NCBI RefSeq assembly: GCF_001194135.2
Contig: NC_068986.1
Coordinates: forward strand, 58,021,512-58,078,409
Length of the DNA: 56,898 bases
Reading direction: 5' to 3'
Origin: Octopus bimaculoides
Lineage: Eukaryota
Shown: piece after piece, positions 25,119-39,462 of the stretch
Position numbering within the stretch: the stretch's first letter is position 1
Layout of the letters: each line of letters opens with the position of its first letter
The notes under the pieces: model-generated
What the model was told of the DNA's origin: nothing
Databases searched by the model: none
The model's input: the letters and a program-made list of their open reading frames with translations, nothing else
Made by a program: the position numbers and the translations under genes

Positions 25119-25679
25119 NNNNNNNNNNNNNNNNNNNNNNNNNNNNNNNNNNNNNNNNNNNNNNNNNNNNNNNNNNNNNNNNNNNNNNNNNNNNNNNNNN
25201 NNNNNNNNNNNNNNNNNNNNNNNNNNNNNNNNNNNNNNNNNNNNNNNNNNNNNNNNNNNNNNNNNNNNNNNNNNNNNNNNNNNNNNNNNNNNNNNNNNNN
25301 NNNNNNNNNNNNNNNNNNNNNNNNNNNNNNNNNNNNNNNNNNNNNNNNNNNNNNNNNNNNNNNNNNNNNNNNNNNNNNNNNNNNNNNNNNNNNNNNNNNN
25401 NNNNNNNNNNNNNNNNNNNNNNNNNNNNNNNNNNNNNNNNNNNNNNNNNNNNNNNNNNNNNNNNNNNNNNNNNNNNNNNNNNNNNNNNNNNNNNNNNNNN
25501 NNNNNNNNNNNNNNNNNNNNNNNNNNNNNNNNNNNNNNNNNNNNNNNNNNNNNNNNNNNNNNNNNNNNNNNNNNNNNNNNNNNNNNNNNNNNNNNNNNNN
25601 NNNNNNNNNNNNNNNNNNNNNNNNNNNNNNNNNNNNNNNNNNNNNNNNNNNNNNNNNNNNNNNNNNNNNNNNNNNNNNN

Positions 25680-25746
<67 letters not shown>

Positions 25747-27306
25747 GTGTAAAACAAAACAGGAAGTAGGGAAATATTTTGGTATTATTTATTCACCATT
25801 ACACATGTTTCCTTTGCTAACAAGAATCACATACATACATACATGCATACATACATACATACATAGACATATGTGTGTGTTTGTGCGTGAGTTTTGCAAA
25901 TCGGCGTTAAGTGTTAGATTTCAACAGCTATTCTTTAAATACTGTTTAGAAGCAAAAAGTGCCAGACAGCTTGTCTTTCTTGTTCCGTTCCGTTTGGCAC
26001 AATACTAGATGCGCATCAAGTAACTAGTCTGTCAGTCCTAATAAATAGAATTAATGTGATTAAATGTTAATATAAGTAACCGAAGAAAGACTGTTTTCAG
26101 TTGAATACCCATCCCTGATTCGATCATATCATATGTAATTATGCACTGGTTAGCTGAACTTGTTTTCACATTTATTAGAAAATCAAAAGCTATGCAAATT
26201 GAATTATTAAAATATAGCAGATTGCTAAAAAGAAAGCGTGACAGAAACGATATCAGAAGTCGTACACACCTAAGTCAAATGGTCTTTGCAGTAGTTTCGC
26301 CATTTTATATTTTCAATGTAATTCAGCTTTTCTATTCTTCACTGGATGGTCGATAAAAAATGTACCAGTCAGATACTGGAGAAAGATTTAATCGACTCCT
26401 TTCAGAAATTGTGATTTCATGCAAATATCAAAACCTTGATATCAAACTATTTAAATTGACAAGAAATCTAAAATTTAACTCACTCCACAAAGGTACACAA
26501 AAAGAGTCACATCTAAGATAAATAACTGAAACCATAGGTTAAGTAATTGAACAATATTTTGACATCGGTTGCTAACAACTTGTACGCAATAATAGTACAG
26601 TTTACATAGCACATTACATATCTATCCGCCCGGCTGAAGTAATCAGGATTTAACAGGAGTCTTTAGTTTAGACTGCCACGGGTAAAATACTTTGAATTTG
26701 TAGAAATGGAAATTACAAAGCCTCTTTGTGATTATTCTTTTTTTTTTAATTCTTCCTGTTTCTTTTTAAGTTAAGTTATAAAACTATGTGAGAGCATTTT
26801 GCGAAGATTTCGTTTTTTGAGATTGAGTTACACACTTCGGCTGAACTGAATTTTCTCAATTCTTATTGATTAATATAACACAATGTACGCGCACATATGC
26901 ACACTTACACATTATATATTCCTTGATTGCATCTGCGAAGCCTATTGACGTCTCATTTGCATAAGGCCAAACTAATGCAAGGATAAAGGCAATTATATGT
27001 CTTTGTTATAAGACGATAGGCTGTTATCTGAGGGCGTGTGGGCTGCTGCTGCTGCCTCCAGTAGCTTGAGCGACCACATAGAGGTCTTCTTGTTAACGGT
27101 GAATGTTCCGAGCTAAGGAATACATAATATTGATATATTCCTTTCCACTTGAATCCTTCGCTACGTCATCATCTAAATTGTTAAAAATTACAGTTTATTT
27201 TTAATTATCGGTAGCCATTCAGCTGATAATCCACCGATGACCTCACCTATGACATTAGTATGCTGCTCTTTAAGCCCATAATACTGTGTTCTTTACAACA
27301 GTATTT

Positions 27307-27337
<31 letters not shown>

Positions 27338-28096
27338 TATAGACGTACACATCACTTTCCTCACTAGTACTGGTAAGGATTCAGTTCCCTTTTTCACAAG
27401 CGCGCGCACACACACAAACACACAGAGTATTATATATATATATTTAAGGATGTGTGAATGTGTGTGTGTGAACGTGTAATACGCTTTTAATTCCCGTTAC
27501 CATTGTCAAAAATGCAGCATCTGGTCAAATTTATTCCGAATGGTAACATATGTATTAACTGTTGCCCTCATGGATGAATAATCTTTTACAAATATGACTT
27601 CTGTTTCTGGTTTGTTTGTCTACTCTTGTTTGTACTTTTTATCAATGTTATTTCATTTGTTTTTTTTTATTTTTACTTCGTTCACTTTTGTAGTCTCATA
27701 TGACCGCACACCCAACTCCCAACCATCTACGCAACGTTTATTGATTTTTGTTTGTTCTTTCTTTTTATTTTCACTTACGTTTCTGATTTGGAAAATGATA
27801 AGCAAAAACATTTAATAATAAAAATATTAATTTTTCTGGAGTAGAAAAAAAATATAATTAAAAAATTTTCAACACTGAAAAATATAAGAAATATGAATGA
27901 ATGAGAGAGATACTGGGTTTAAACTGGCTTGCATGTGCACCGGTAGGAAAACGTGCATGCCAGTTTAGTCTCCTGTTCAAACCCACTGAGTGGGCAAGAG
28001 TGCTTCGTCAATAATCTTGGGTTAAAGTAAGCGTTAGGAACAGACTTTTAATCGAGGAAAAAGACTGTCAGACGTATATAACGATAGTAAACATTA

Positions 28097-28283
28097 TTTC
28101 AAATCTTGACACAAGGCCGTCAATTTTCTGGGAACTGGGTAAGTCGATTACATGGACTCCAGGGTTCAACAGGTATTCATGTTGTCGACCCCAAAAGGGA
28201 TGAAAAGCAAATGCGAGCTCGGCAGAATCTGAACTCAGAACAGGAAGACGGACAAAATGCTGCTAAGCATTTTGCCCCGCCTT
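28097..28283 (-). mobile_element. SINE family A
   Basis: Contains gtaagtcgattac...gtcgacccc...gaactcagaac...gacggacaaaatgctgctaagcattttgcc. Confidence 0.8.
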
Positions 28284-28305
28284 AATAATAATCGTTAATA
28301 ATAAT

Positions 28306-29020
28306 CTTAGTTGGATTGCCCACATCAACAATAAGGTCGATATAGCTCGTAGGATGAGCTCCAGGATCTTAAGAACCTTCCGGTCCAGAGAACAATGTGT
28401 CATCATTCCACTTTTCTGCTCCTCTGTATGGCTACACCTCGAATACTGCTGCCCCCTGTGGTTTCGCCATACAAAACAAAACATCTCGAAAATTGAATCA
28501 CTCCAGAGGACACTCACTAAACGAATTAAGGGCATGACTGATCTCGATTACTGGGACCGCCTTAAAGCCTTGAAACTCTACTCTCTCCAGCGCCGCCGCG
28601 AGCGGTACATCATTTGCACGATGTGGAGAATATACCATCAGCATTGCCCAAACGACCTGAACATTAGTTTCAAGGTTCATCCAAGGCTTGGTCCACGGGT
28701 CATACGCCCCCTTCCCAATTCAGTATCACAACATATAGGTACACTGTGACACAATTTCTTTTCCTCAACAGGCCCTGTCCTGTTTAACATAGTCCCAAAA
28801 CTGATCAGAGAGGAAAAAGATCCCATCACCTTTAAACGGAGTCTGGACAAATTTCTTCAAGAAATACCAGATAAGCCACTCATACCTGGATACAACTCAC
28901 TCAACAAGAACTCACTACTTGAATGAACCATAATACCACAAAACTTCACTTAAAAAGGATTTACATAATCCTATCAGGTGGTGCTATTACGTTAGACATG
29001 GACTGGACCAATCTTGTCTA
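28306..29020 (+). mobile_element. CR1-like LINE, 5'-truncated 3' fragment
   Basis: Frame 28306-28926 reads LSWIAHINNKVDIARRMSSRILRTFRSR...HLEYCCPLW...KIESLQRTLTKRI...DYWDRLKALKLYSLQRRRERY...FKRSLDKFLQEIPDKP. This is the typical CR1 ORF2 C-terminus. One internal TGA lies at 28747-28749, and a short 3' UTR and a TA/CA-rich tail follow. Confidence 0.88.
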
Positions 29021-29021
29021 T

Positions 29022-29075
<54 letters not shown>

Positions 29076-29078
29076 ATA

Positions 29079-29109
<31 letters not shown>

Positions 29110-29307
29110 GTGTCTGCATATATATATGCATATATTGATATGTATGTATATGTATATATATGTATATATATGTAAATATATATATATGTTCACTCACACA
29201 CACGCGCAGACACACACACACATATACACATATATAAGTTTTTACCAGATATATATACACATGTATACGTATGGAATTGTGTATGTATGCTTGGGGTAAG
29301 TATATAT

Positions 29308-29361
<54 letters not shown>

Positions 29362-29934
29362 GGATGTGTGTGTATATATAAATATTTATATATGAACGTG
29401 TATAGTATGCAACAAAATCAGTTATAGAAATACCGACTAATAGAGTTGAATTCAAGAATTTACGAAATTTCAGTTAGATTATTTATTTATTCTTAATCAC
29501 CCTCTATATTATATATGGTCAGGTGGTCAAATATTAGCTCCAGTCCTTGCCTCGCTAAACTTGTACATGTATGTGAGAGACAGACAGGCAAACATTGGGA
29601 GTAGCTGGGTGAGATATCCATTTCAAATTAATATTGTAAGCAATGTTCAAGAAAATCCACCAGAGGAGACTGAATCTACCACATACCGTTATGTGCGGAC
29701 GTTTTTAATGGTAGTGATGACGAAACCCTTAGCAGTTATACCCAAAACTTACTTTAAATTCGACCTGTTCCAAAATATTTACCACAGCATTTCCTTGTCT
29801 CACTAGTTTACTACACTTTTGTTTCAGTCAACTCTAAAAGGTATTTTTTCTTTAAACCCAACTACTTAGATTTAAAATCTAATACAAACAACAAGGGCCA
29901 CTTGAGGAGTTTCTATAAAATCAGATGATCTACT

Positions 29935-30150
29935 AATTATTCTTTCTACCATAAGTACCAGGTTTGAAATTTTGAGGGAGGGAAAGAAGCAACGATATCG
30001 ACGCCAATGTTTAAACTGTATAATTTTATCGACTTCAAAAGGATGAAAAGCAAAGTCGACCTCAGCGGAATTTGAACTCGGAACGTAAAAAGATGGACGA
30101 AATGCTGTTAATTTGTCCGACATGCTAACGAATCTGCTAGCTCACCGCCT
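29935..30150 (-). mobile_element. SINE family A
   Basis: Contains ttttatcgac...aaaggatgaaaagcaaagtcgacctcagcggaatttgaactc...gctagctcaccgcc. Confidence 0.8.
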
Positions 30151-30589
30151 CCAGTTGCTTTTCTAATAATGACAGCTAAATTTATCTCAGATCACCCCCT
30201 TCTTCTTTTCCCTCAGTATTAGCGACACTGAGCAACCACTTTAGTTATCCACGAAAATATCCTTGGAACTATGCACACAAAACAGCACCCATGGTTTCGT
30301 CATTGAGGTGAGAGGCGGCTGCTGCTGTTGTTGATGCTACCTCTGGTTCGGACCACCGCACTCTCTTTTTCTTTTTGTTCCCTTCTTCTGGGCTTCAAGT
30401 ATCGTTTGCCACCATACGAGTAGCACCTGAGCCTTCTGCTCTATGTCACCTATTTGCTTGACTTATTCTCTATTTTCTCAATAGAGAATAGCTTCATTGT
30501 AGTCTTGCCGTCATTGAAGATTATCAGGAGCTACTTGTCTATGAAGACTCGACCTGACTACATGTTGCAGCGAGTGAAAAATAACGATA

Positions 30590-31050
30590 ATATTGGGAGG
30601 GGGAAGGGACAAGCTGATTACATTAACTCCAGTGATCAACCGGTACTTATTTTATCGATATTGACAGGACGAAACACCAAGTCGACCTCGGCAAAATTTT
30701 TAAATCAGAACGTAAAAACTGGAAGAAATGCCGCTAAGTATTTTGTCCAACATGCCTGCGATTCTTCCAGCTTACCACCTTAATTATAATAATTACCATT
30801 GCTCACTTCGGATATAAGATCACCAATTTTGGTTAATGATCGTAGTCGATGAAACAGGTATTTTATTTTATCGACCTCGGACGGTTAGAAATCAAGCGTT
30901 TTGGAGACTTGTCCATCTTTTAAAAGAAAATGGCAGGGTTGCTAAGGTGAAAGATACGGTTGACTTATGTGGGATTTAAACTCAGAACGTAAAGGACGAT
31001 AACTAAATATCTCCAGTCACTTATATTGATGGTCCACTGATTCTGACATT
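30590..31050 (-). mobile_element. Two decayed SINE family A copies, the second with an insertion of about 65 bp
   Basis: Family motifs appear at 30590-30781 and 30800-31050. The second copy is interrupted between ttatcgacctcgg and tgaaagatacggttgac. Confidence 0.65.
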
Positions 31051-32099
31051 TATTACTATTCAATCCAGAGGGAGCCTATATATTATCTATTCGACCTGCT
31101 AGAGGTGGTTATCAAAATCTCGCTAACTCATTCCCTGCTCTCTTAATTAAATAAAAGAGCACTGACAGTATAGTTACGGCTGGAGTGCATTTGGACATCA
31201 GTCTTCATAAATTTAACCTGGGGCTAAACAATAATAGCAACGAAAGCAATTGTGACGATGACATATTCTAAGTGAAATGAAACAAGCGAGTTACAATATT
31301 ACTATGCCTTGTTACAATATTACTATACGTCCACGCTGATAAATATCCAAGGAGCAGAGTATTGTTAACAAGCTCTTTGATTTAGCAGGAGAAAAATCAG
31401 AAGTGACAATTCAAAATATAAAACAACGTAATTTGTACATGTTATAAATGCAGTCTTATCAATATATTTTTAGAAATGATGTTTTATGTTTCTTTCTTTT
31501 TGCCTATACTGTAAATATTTCTTTTATCTGACTACATGTCAGTGAAAAGTGGTTATTAAAATAACTAGGCTACAAGTATAGGCAAACAAATAAAACTTGC
31601 ATTCTGCTCACGCAAACACGGATTGGTATTTCCATATATATATATATATATATTTGTAGAAAGCAAAAAAGAAATGTGCTGAAAAACGACTTAAGATTTT
31701 GTAAATAAATTCTAATAAATAAAGAAAACAAGTGCACCTGAAATATATATAAATTTAAGAAAATATTTATATTTCAGGAAATAAGAATAAAAAAGGCAGG
31801 GAGAGAAAATAGACAGTAGAACTCCAACAACTTTTATTTAATAAAATATAAAGCAGAAACAACGAGAAGAGATAATGTCACGTGAGAATCAATATAAAGA
31901 AAATCTGTACAAATTTATAATTTTAAAAAAGTATAAAACATTCCCTGATTTGCAGACGATGTTCTCTTAATTTCATTTAAAATTCAGAGCAATTTTACTC
32001 GAGAATAACTTTTTTGAAATAGCTAAAATTCATTTTAATCTAACACTCACGTATCCAATATTCGTATGTATGTATGTATGTATGTATGTATGCGCAAAC

Positions 32100-32140
<41 letters not shown>

Positions 32141-33042
32141 ACTATATCTCTATACAATACAATAATAGCGGATATAAATTTTGGTTGGTTGGTTCTTTTC
32201 TTTAGTCATGCTTTACAACGCATAGAGAGAAGAGGTGCGAGAATAATTGATAGAGAGGGAATTCACACAAGAGGAGCAGGATGAGTACACATAGTAGGCT
32301 TGAAAGCAGGTAATGGGCAAAGGAACTTTACTCCACACAGAATGAGAAGGACTCATAAAGGAGGGGAGAGGAGGCAAATAACAAGGGAGTTATGGAAAAA
32401 CATATACAATTGAGTAATTTGTTTCAATTAAATTTATGTTAGCTTTCCCTTTTAAAAATTGGTATTCAAATCATCATTTTAAATAAGCACCAAGAAATTA
32501 AGTAAACGTTGATTATGATTATTGCATGTATACCATATTTCCTGATATTCCCATAGCGGCAAAAAGTATACATCCAAAGTTACTTGTCGTATGACGGGTA
32601 AATGAAGAATTTATCCTGTATGTTGTTTAATATAGCCGTCGAGCAACAAAGTTGCTCAAATACATACCACTTGCCACTTTGAGTTAATTCTCTTCGCCCC
32701 ATTTCGTTTCACTTATACAAATTTCGTAGGCCCTAAATGTCTTGCCTGTTGATGAGATTGTTAAGTCAGAAATACACGTTCACAGTTGCCTTCTAGTCTT
32801 CAGAATGTATTTTCCTTAATGTCAGTTCAATATTACAGAATTCCTACTTCCTGCGATTATCTCGTTTTCTCATTTGGAGAACTGTTACCATGCTATTTGT
32901 CTACCCTCTGTGGAAGTGGAGATACTTTCAGAAAGACAAATCTTGTATGTTCTTTCACATTGTCTTATTGTTCAAATACATATCACTAGATACTAAATCA
33001 TTTTTCTTAGCTCATTTTCGTCTCACACACACGGAAGCACAC

Positions 33043-33121
<79 letters not shown>

Positions 33122-34283
33122 TTATATATACACACTCTCAAATCGACATACATGTACTTTTGTGAGTCAAAGTTCATCTTTCAATGTCCAAATATCTGTG
33201 AGGTTTTCACGACAAATGCACTGACCATAAGTTATACTCACAAACACATGGCATACATAAATAGGGGAAAACAAAAATGCCGAGTCAGATTATTCTCATA
33301 TACAGTGGCTTTCTCAAACTAAATAGTATTTTGTGACAAGAGATATAATTTTGTCAACATTTTAGCCACAGGTCAGTCTCCATCCATCAGTTCTAATGAT
33401 CCAACGTCTTCTAGCCATGAAAATATAAGGATGTATCAAGAACTAGGACTATATATATATATATATGAAATATGTCATTTTGTCATTTAAGATGGTTGAT
33501 TACGGTTAGAAATATTTCACTGCGATTTGCCGCAAGCTCAGCAGCCACGAAGAGGCTCTTTCGTTGACTCATGAGAGTATTAGCTGGTCAATTACATCTG
33601 TCTTATTTTTGATTATATCTTACATTAGTCATATATTTCGTCATATCATTAGTCGTATAGTTGATCATATATTTTATATTTAACTGGTTAAATAGTCAGG
33701 TCCGTTTTGGTATTATTCCTATAATGACATTGCTGACATTTAACTAAAGTTAGCCGGCGTCGAAGCCAACCATGGTCATCTTGTCTTTTACTCAGTATTT
33801 CTATAACTACTTTATTTCGTGTCCTTATTTCTAAAACGATAGAGCACATTTTAAAATAAGGCAATAATTCATTCTCAAACGATAACCATCATAAAAACAC
33901 GTGGCAGAGATTTACTGTTTTAATTATACAAGTACGCATTGTACGCACACATACACAGACACATATATATCCTATGCGTGTGTGTACGTGTGTGTGTGTG
34001 TTTATGTATCTATACATATATGCTTGTATATATGTGTACATATATGTGTGCGTATGTGTACATATATGTGTGCGTATGTGTACATATGTGTGTTTGTGTG
34101 AGTGTTATCTGTGTGGAGAGAGGGAGAGAAAGAGAGAGTGAAACCCAGAGCAGTAAACTGAGTAAAAATAGAAAAGAGCGAACATATAAGGAGAATGTAT
34201 AAGTTTGTATCACTCTGGACTTGTCGAAATGCCTATATGCATATTTATTCTCAATACAGATTATTCTATTGTGACTTTTTTTT

Positions 34284-34291
34284 ACTACTAC

Positions 34292-34348
<57 letters not shown>

Positions 34349-34362
34349 CATTATTATAATTT

Positions 34363-34408
<46 letters not shown>

Positions 34409-34425
34409 CAGCAGCAGCAGCAGCA
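34284..34425. repeat. Compound (ATT)/(GTA)/(GCA) microsatellite
   Basis: Read directly from the sequence. Confidence 0.95.
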
Positions 34426-35795
34426 CTAGTAGTTAATTTTGTTGTTAGGAAGACATTTTGCGCACTTATTTTCAGGAATATCTAAAAACAAAATGACCTC
34501 CAGAAATAGAAAAAAAACCTGTTGTTGACGTCATGACATCAGCAAACAGCACCGACATTAGAGGCTAGTGATGAAATTAACTACAGTAAACAAACTTAAA
34601 CACATGGTTTTTCTCATGAAGGAAGGATTGTCTTGAAAAAAAAAACAAGCAACTTCACTCTATTTGTTTCACTATCTTCAAGATGAAGGCCAATGTGTTA
34701 TTGGGGTTGAGTATAATAGAGCTTCCAAGACGGGATGTCAGGAGAGGAGAAACCGATACTGTGAAGGTGCATCGCAATCATGAGGCAAGCATTGTCGGGT
34801 CCTTCATCAAGACACTTCATTTTATATTGTTCCATTCTACTCAGCTATAATGACTATCAGTTTGAGAACTGATCCAGCTCCCTTCTCCATCTTTCTCTCT
34901 CACTCTCGCTTTCTATCTCTCTTACTCTTCTCTCTTTTTTCTTTCTCTCTCTCTCTCTCTCTCCACCTCTCTTTCTATCTCTCTATCTATCTATGTGTCA
35001 CACTCTAGATGTTTTGTTTTGTCAAGGTTGAAGGGAGAGAGATGGTACCTCTGCTCTCGATTACATGGGCAGCTAAAAGAAATAACGGAAGTAGGGTACA
35101 TGTTAATAAGGCATACGCGCTGACTGTACTTGTAAGTACGATTGGCCGTATTTATTAGTTGCTACAATAGGAATAAGTGCTGGTGACGTTGAACAGGATG
35201 GGGACAAAGTATAGATAAAAATGACAAAGATGATCTCATATCTAATTACAGATTTCTAAATAACAGGCCGTTCATATTGTAGTTAGAATAAAAACTTGTG
35301 CATAACAATCTACTAACTTGAATCGATATAATAATGGTTTCCGATATTGGCGTGTGTGTGTGTGTGTGTGTGAGTGAGAGAGAGAGAGTGGGGGGGAGTC
35401 AGTCGATTCCATTAACTTCAGTACTTGACTCTTACTGTACCGAACCTAGAAAATTGATCTCGAAATGCAAAGGGGCAACAAGAAAATCATTGATATAAAT
35501 TCGAAGATGTTACTCGTCAATGATGCCAAACTACAAAGCATTAATATAGAAATTAACAAAGACATACTTTCCTTTTAGACACACACACTATTCTTCATGA
35601 TGCATATTGCTAAAAATTAGCGTAAACAAAAAAAGTATTTGACAGAGTCAGCGGTAACATAATATCGATTTATTATTTATTGATTGATGGTAATATCGAT
35701 CGATAAATACTGAACCTGGCAAAATTCGCCGATGTTATCGTGTAAGTTTATAACCGACTAACATACACATACACACACTCACATACTATGTACAT

Positions 35796-35829
<34 letters not shown>

Positions 35830-36564
35830 NNNNNNNNNNNNNNNNNNNNNNNNNNNNNNNNNNNNNNNNNNNNNNNNNNNNNNNNNNNNNNNNNNNNNNN
35901 NNNNNNNNNNNNNNNNNNNNNNNNNNNNNNNNNNNNNNNNNNNNNNNNNNNNNNNNNNNNNNNNNNNNNNNNNNNNNNNNNNNNNNNNNNNNNNNNNNNN
36001 NNNNNNNNNNNNNNNNNNNNNNNNNNNNNNNNNNNNNNNNNNNNNNNNNNNNNNNNNNNNNNNNNNNNNNNNNNNNNNNNNNNNNNNNNNNNNNNNNNNN
36101 NNNNNNNNNNNNNNNNNNNNNNNNNNNNNNNNNNNNNNNNNNNNNNNNNNNNNNNNNNNNNNNNNNNNNNNNNNNNNNNNNNNNNNNNNNNNNNNNNNNN
36201 NNNNNNNNNNNNNNNNNNNNNNNNNNNNNNNNNNNNNNNNNNNNNNNNNNNNNNNNNNNNNNNNNNNNNNNNNNNNNNNNNNNNNNNNNNNNNNNNNNNN
36301 NNNNNNNNNNNNNNNNNNNNNNNNNNNNNNNNNNNNNNNNNNNNNNNNNNNNNNNNNNNNNNNNNNNNNNNNNNNNNNNNNNNNNNNNNNNNNNNNNNNN
36401 NNNNNNNNNNNNNNNNNNNNNNNNNNNNNNNNNNNNNNNNNNNNNNNNNNNNNNNNNNNNNNNNNNNNNNNNNNNNNNNNNNNNNNNNNNNNNNNNNNNN
36501 NNNNNNNNNNNNNNNNNNNNNNNNNNNNNNNNNNNNNNNNNNNNNNNNNNNNNNNNNNNNNNNN

Positions 36565-36602
<38 letters not shown>

Positions 36603-36890
36603 ATATATATATAATCTAAACATCAAAGGCCTACCACGGTAAAACGGACTGTGTGAATAAATCTGAATAATAACAGAACATATAGTTTACACGAGGTAAG
36701 TAATCCACGAAGAATACACTGGAAATAAGTTAAGATGATTGTAAAAAACTAATTGACACTATTAACCACTACAAATGTGTTTCCAGGTGTTCTGGAAGTT
36801 CATACTCTAGCAAAGTAGCTTTTAGATGTGGCATTTAGTTGCACCGCTTTACCTTAAACTGATTAGCTATAAAATATTGTTGGTATTATT

Positions 36891-37105
36891 AACGCAGCAC
36901 GCTGGCAGAATCGTTAGCACGCTGAACAGAGTGCCGAGCGGTTTTTCGTCCGTCTTCACGTTCAGAGTTCAAATTGCACCGTGGTCGACTGCTTTTCGTC
37001 CTTTCGAGGTCGATACAATAAATGCTTGTTGAGCACTGTGGTCGATGTAATCGACTTACTACCGTCCCCGAAATTGCTGGCTTTCTGCCAAAATTTGAAA
37101 CCATT
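36891..37105 (+). mobile_element. SINE family A, near full length
   Basis: gctggcagaatcgttagcacg...gagttcaaattgc...gtcgatgtaatcgacttac...gaaattgctgg...caaaatttgaaaccattatt. Confidence 0.88.
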
Positions 37106-37997
37106 ATTATTGTTATTGAGCGATGAGATAGGAGAGAGCAAACCTCTTTAGCCAGCTCCAAATATTTCTCAAGTATTAACATTACTTCTTTCAGGAACCG
37201 GATTATCTAAGTCAAGTCGTAAGTAGCAACAGTATGGCACCTGAAATAATGCACATATTTACAATACGGTAAAGTAGCTATACTGTTGGTTTTACAGTTA
37301 CTTTGTGCCAGAAGATGTTTCCCTACCACAGTGACACAAAATTTAATACCCAAATGATTATGAGAATACACACACACACACACACACACATAAATCACGA
37401 AATACATACTGTCATTTTACAAAGGAGCTTTACCAGCCTCAATTTTGATAACAGATTAAATGAGTCAAAATTGCTTTAAAAAGACCAGTCGTTCATATAA
37501 AGCCACATAACTTATCATTCATAAATTCTGTATCTCAGTAGCTATATAAATTAAATTTTTATCAAATTTTATTAAAATACAATATTTCATGGGATCCCAG
37601 AAATTTCTCAGAGACCACTTTGTGAGATAGTGTTCTAAATAAATACCCAATAAAAGTAACAATATGTCGATGATGAAATAAATGACTATCATTCTGGGAT
37701 ATGCCAACCCACTCAGACAGAACGATAAAGGTTATTCACCCAGATATTAGAATTAATCGGGGAAAATAAAAAGAATAAGGAAGTATTTCCTAATCTATAT
37801 ATCAGTCCAAGTAGATATTGTGTCTCTCAGTGAAGTGTAGAAATTATCCACATTGTAAAAATAAGTAAATGGAGTTATCGGGAATGTGAAGCTAAAAAGC
37901 GAATATATCAATAAAAACAAGTGCCTTAAGAATTATGAAAAATCTATCGTCAAAGTCCCAGAACTTATAATATGCAGAAAGATACATAATAATGATA

Positions 37998-38355
37998 TTT
38001 TCTAAACTTGGCACACGGCAATGGGTAAGTCGATTATATCGACCTCCATGTTCAACTGGTGGCTTATTTTATCGATCCCGAAAGGATGAAAGGCAAAGTC
38101 AAGTTCAGTGGAATTTGAATTCAGTGCGTAAAGACGGACGAAATGCCGCTAAGCATTTTGCTTGCTGTGTTAACGATTCTGCCAGCCTGCTACCTTAAAT
38201 AATAATGATGGTTTCAAATTTTGCCACAAGGGCAACCATTTTAGGGGAGGCGATGAGTCGATTATATCGACCCCATTGTTTCACTGGTACTTAATTTATC
38301 GACCCCGAAAGGATGTAAGACTAAGTTAACCTCGACGGAATTTGAACTCAGAATG

Positions 38356-38356
<1 letters not shown>
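37998..38356 (-). mobile_element. Two tandem SINE family A copies (about 37998-38195 and 38210-38356)
   Basis: Both carry gtcgattatatcgac...tttatcga.cccgaaaggatg...ggaatttgaa. The second is 5'-truncated at an (AAT)n tract. Confidence 0.85.
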
Positions 38357-38408
<52 letters not shown>

Positions 38409-39462
38409 TGTTCGTAAATAAACTTTTGTAGACATGAAGTTTGTTATTCAGTCAATATGCTACACACGAATCTTTCTACTTTTTTTTTTTATAGGTCAAT
38501 CAGTGAATAAGCATTTGTTTGATCATTCATACATTATTTGTTAGCTGTCACCCGATTTTTCAACTTGCATTCTAATCGGTTGCCTACTTATTTCTAGTTG
38601 ATTGCTTTCAAAGTATTCTTACATACAATGTAAATATGCCAAATAAGCATTATTACAGTTTTATCAACCACAAAAAGTTATGCTAACGATATAAAAAGAA
38701 TTGTTATTTTGTTGTTGCTTTTTAATATTACTAACGAAATGTACTAACAAAAAATACAGTGATCTTATGCAATAATTTAATACATTTAATATATGTTGCT
38801 ATGTAGATCTGAAAAGATTAACATTAAATTCGAGGCTGTTTAACGTTCATCAACAGATTTATGCATTCATGTACGTATTTATCTGACTTACGGAAACAAC
38901 TGAATACGAAACTAATATATGCTTGCATTTTGTTTTGCAGTTTAGTTACAGAGGAAACGACAGCACCCATGACTCTGTTTTTCAAGGTCTCTATAGCCGG
39001 TGCCAAGGATGGAAATTTTCTTCAAACTGGATAACGAGTCCAAAGGCTTGCAATAGACTAAAGTCCACTCCGCCATAAATCACCTAAAACGAGGCGGTGT
39101 TGTCAAATCGGATGAATGATTACATCTGCCAGGTAAAAACTAGGAATGCAAATAACTGCAATAAATACAAGCTCTAACAATTCCGCCATTCCACTGCCCA
39201 GGAGCTGTTCTTTAAGGTATAGCTGGGATATGCCAACCCACACAGACAGAACGATAAAGGTTATTCACCCAGAGATTTGAATGCATGCGTAGAGAGCCGG
39301 TACAAAGACCGCAATACATGTTAACACAAGCTCTAACAACTCTGCTAATTCGACGCTTTAGATGTACCATTGATACTATTATTGAGGAAGCTAGTTTTTA
39401 AAACTATTTAGAAGAGTTGCATTTATTCAAGATTATTAATATTATCATCATCATCAAGATAA

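Noticed and set aside
26992-27112. Minus-strand peptide ...MWSLKLLEAAAAAHTPSDNSLSSYNKDI*
   Set aside because: It looks protein-like, but the poly-Ala comes from a short (GCA)n run and no donor precedes the stop.
34010-34090. 22-bp tandem unit TATGTGTACATATATGTGTGCG
   Set aside because: It is an ordinary higher-order expansion of TA/TG microsatellite.
38892-39006. Open frame ...MGAVVSSVTKLQNKMQAYISFVFSCF ending at a phase-1 CC|GTAAGT donor, a possible alternative first Pax exon
   Set aside because: It would put Arg in place of the invariant Gly before HGGVNQLGG, the exonic side of the donor is weak, and the composition looks intronic.
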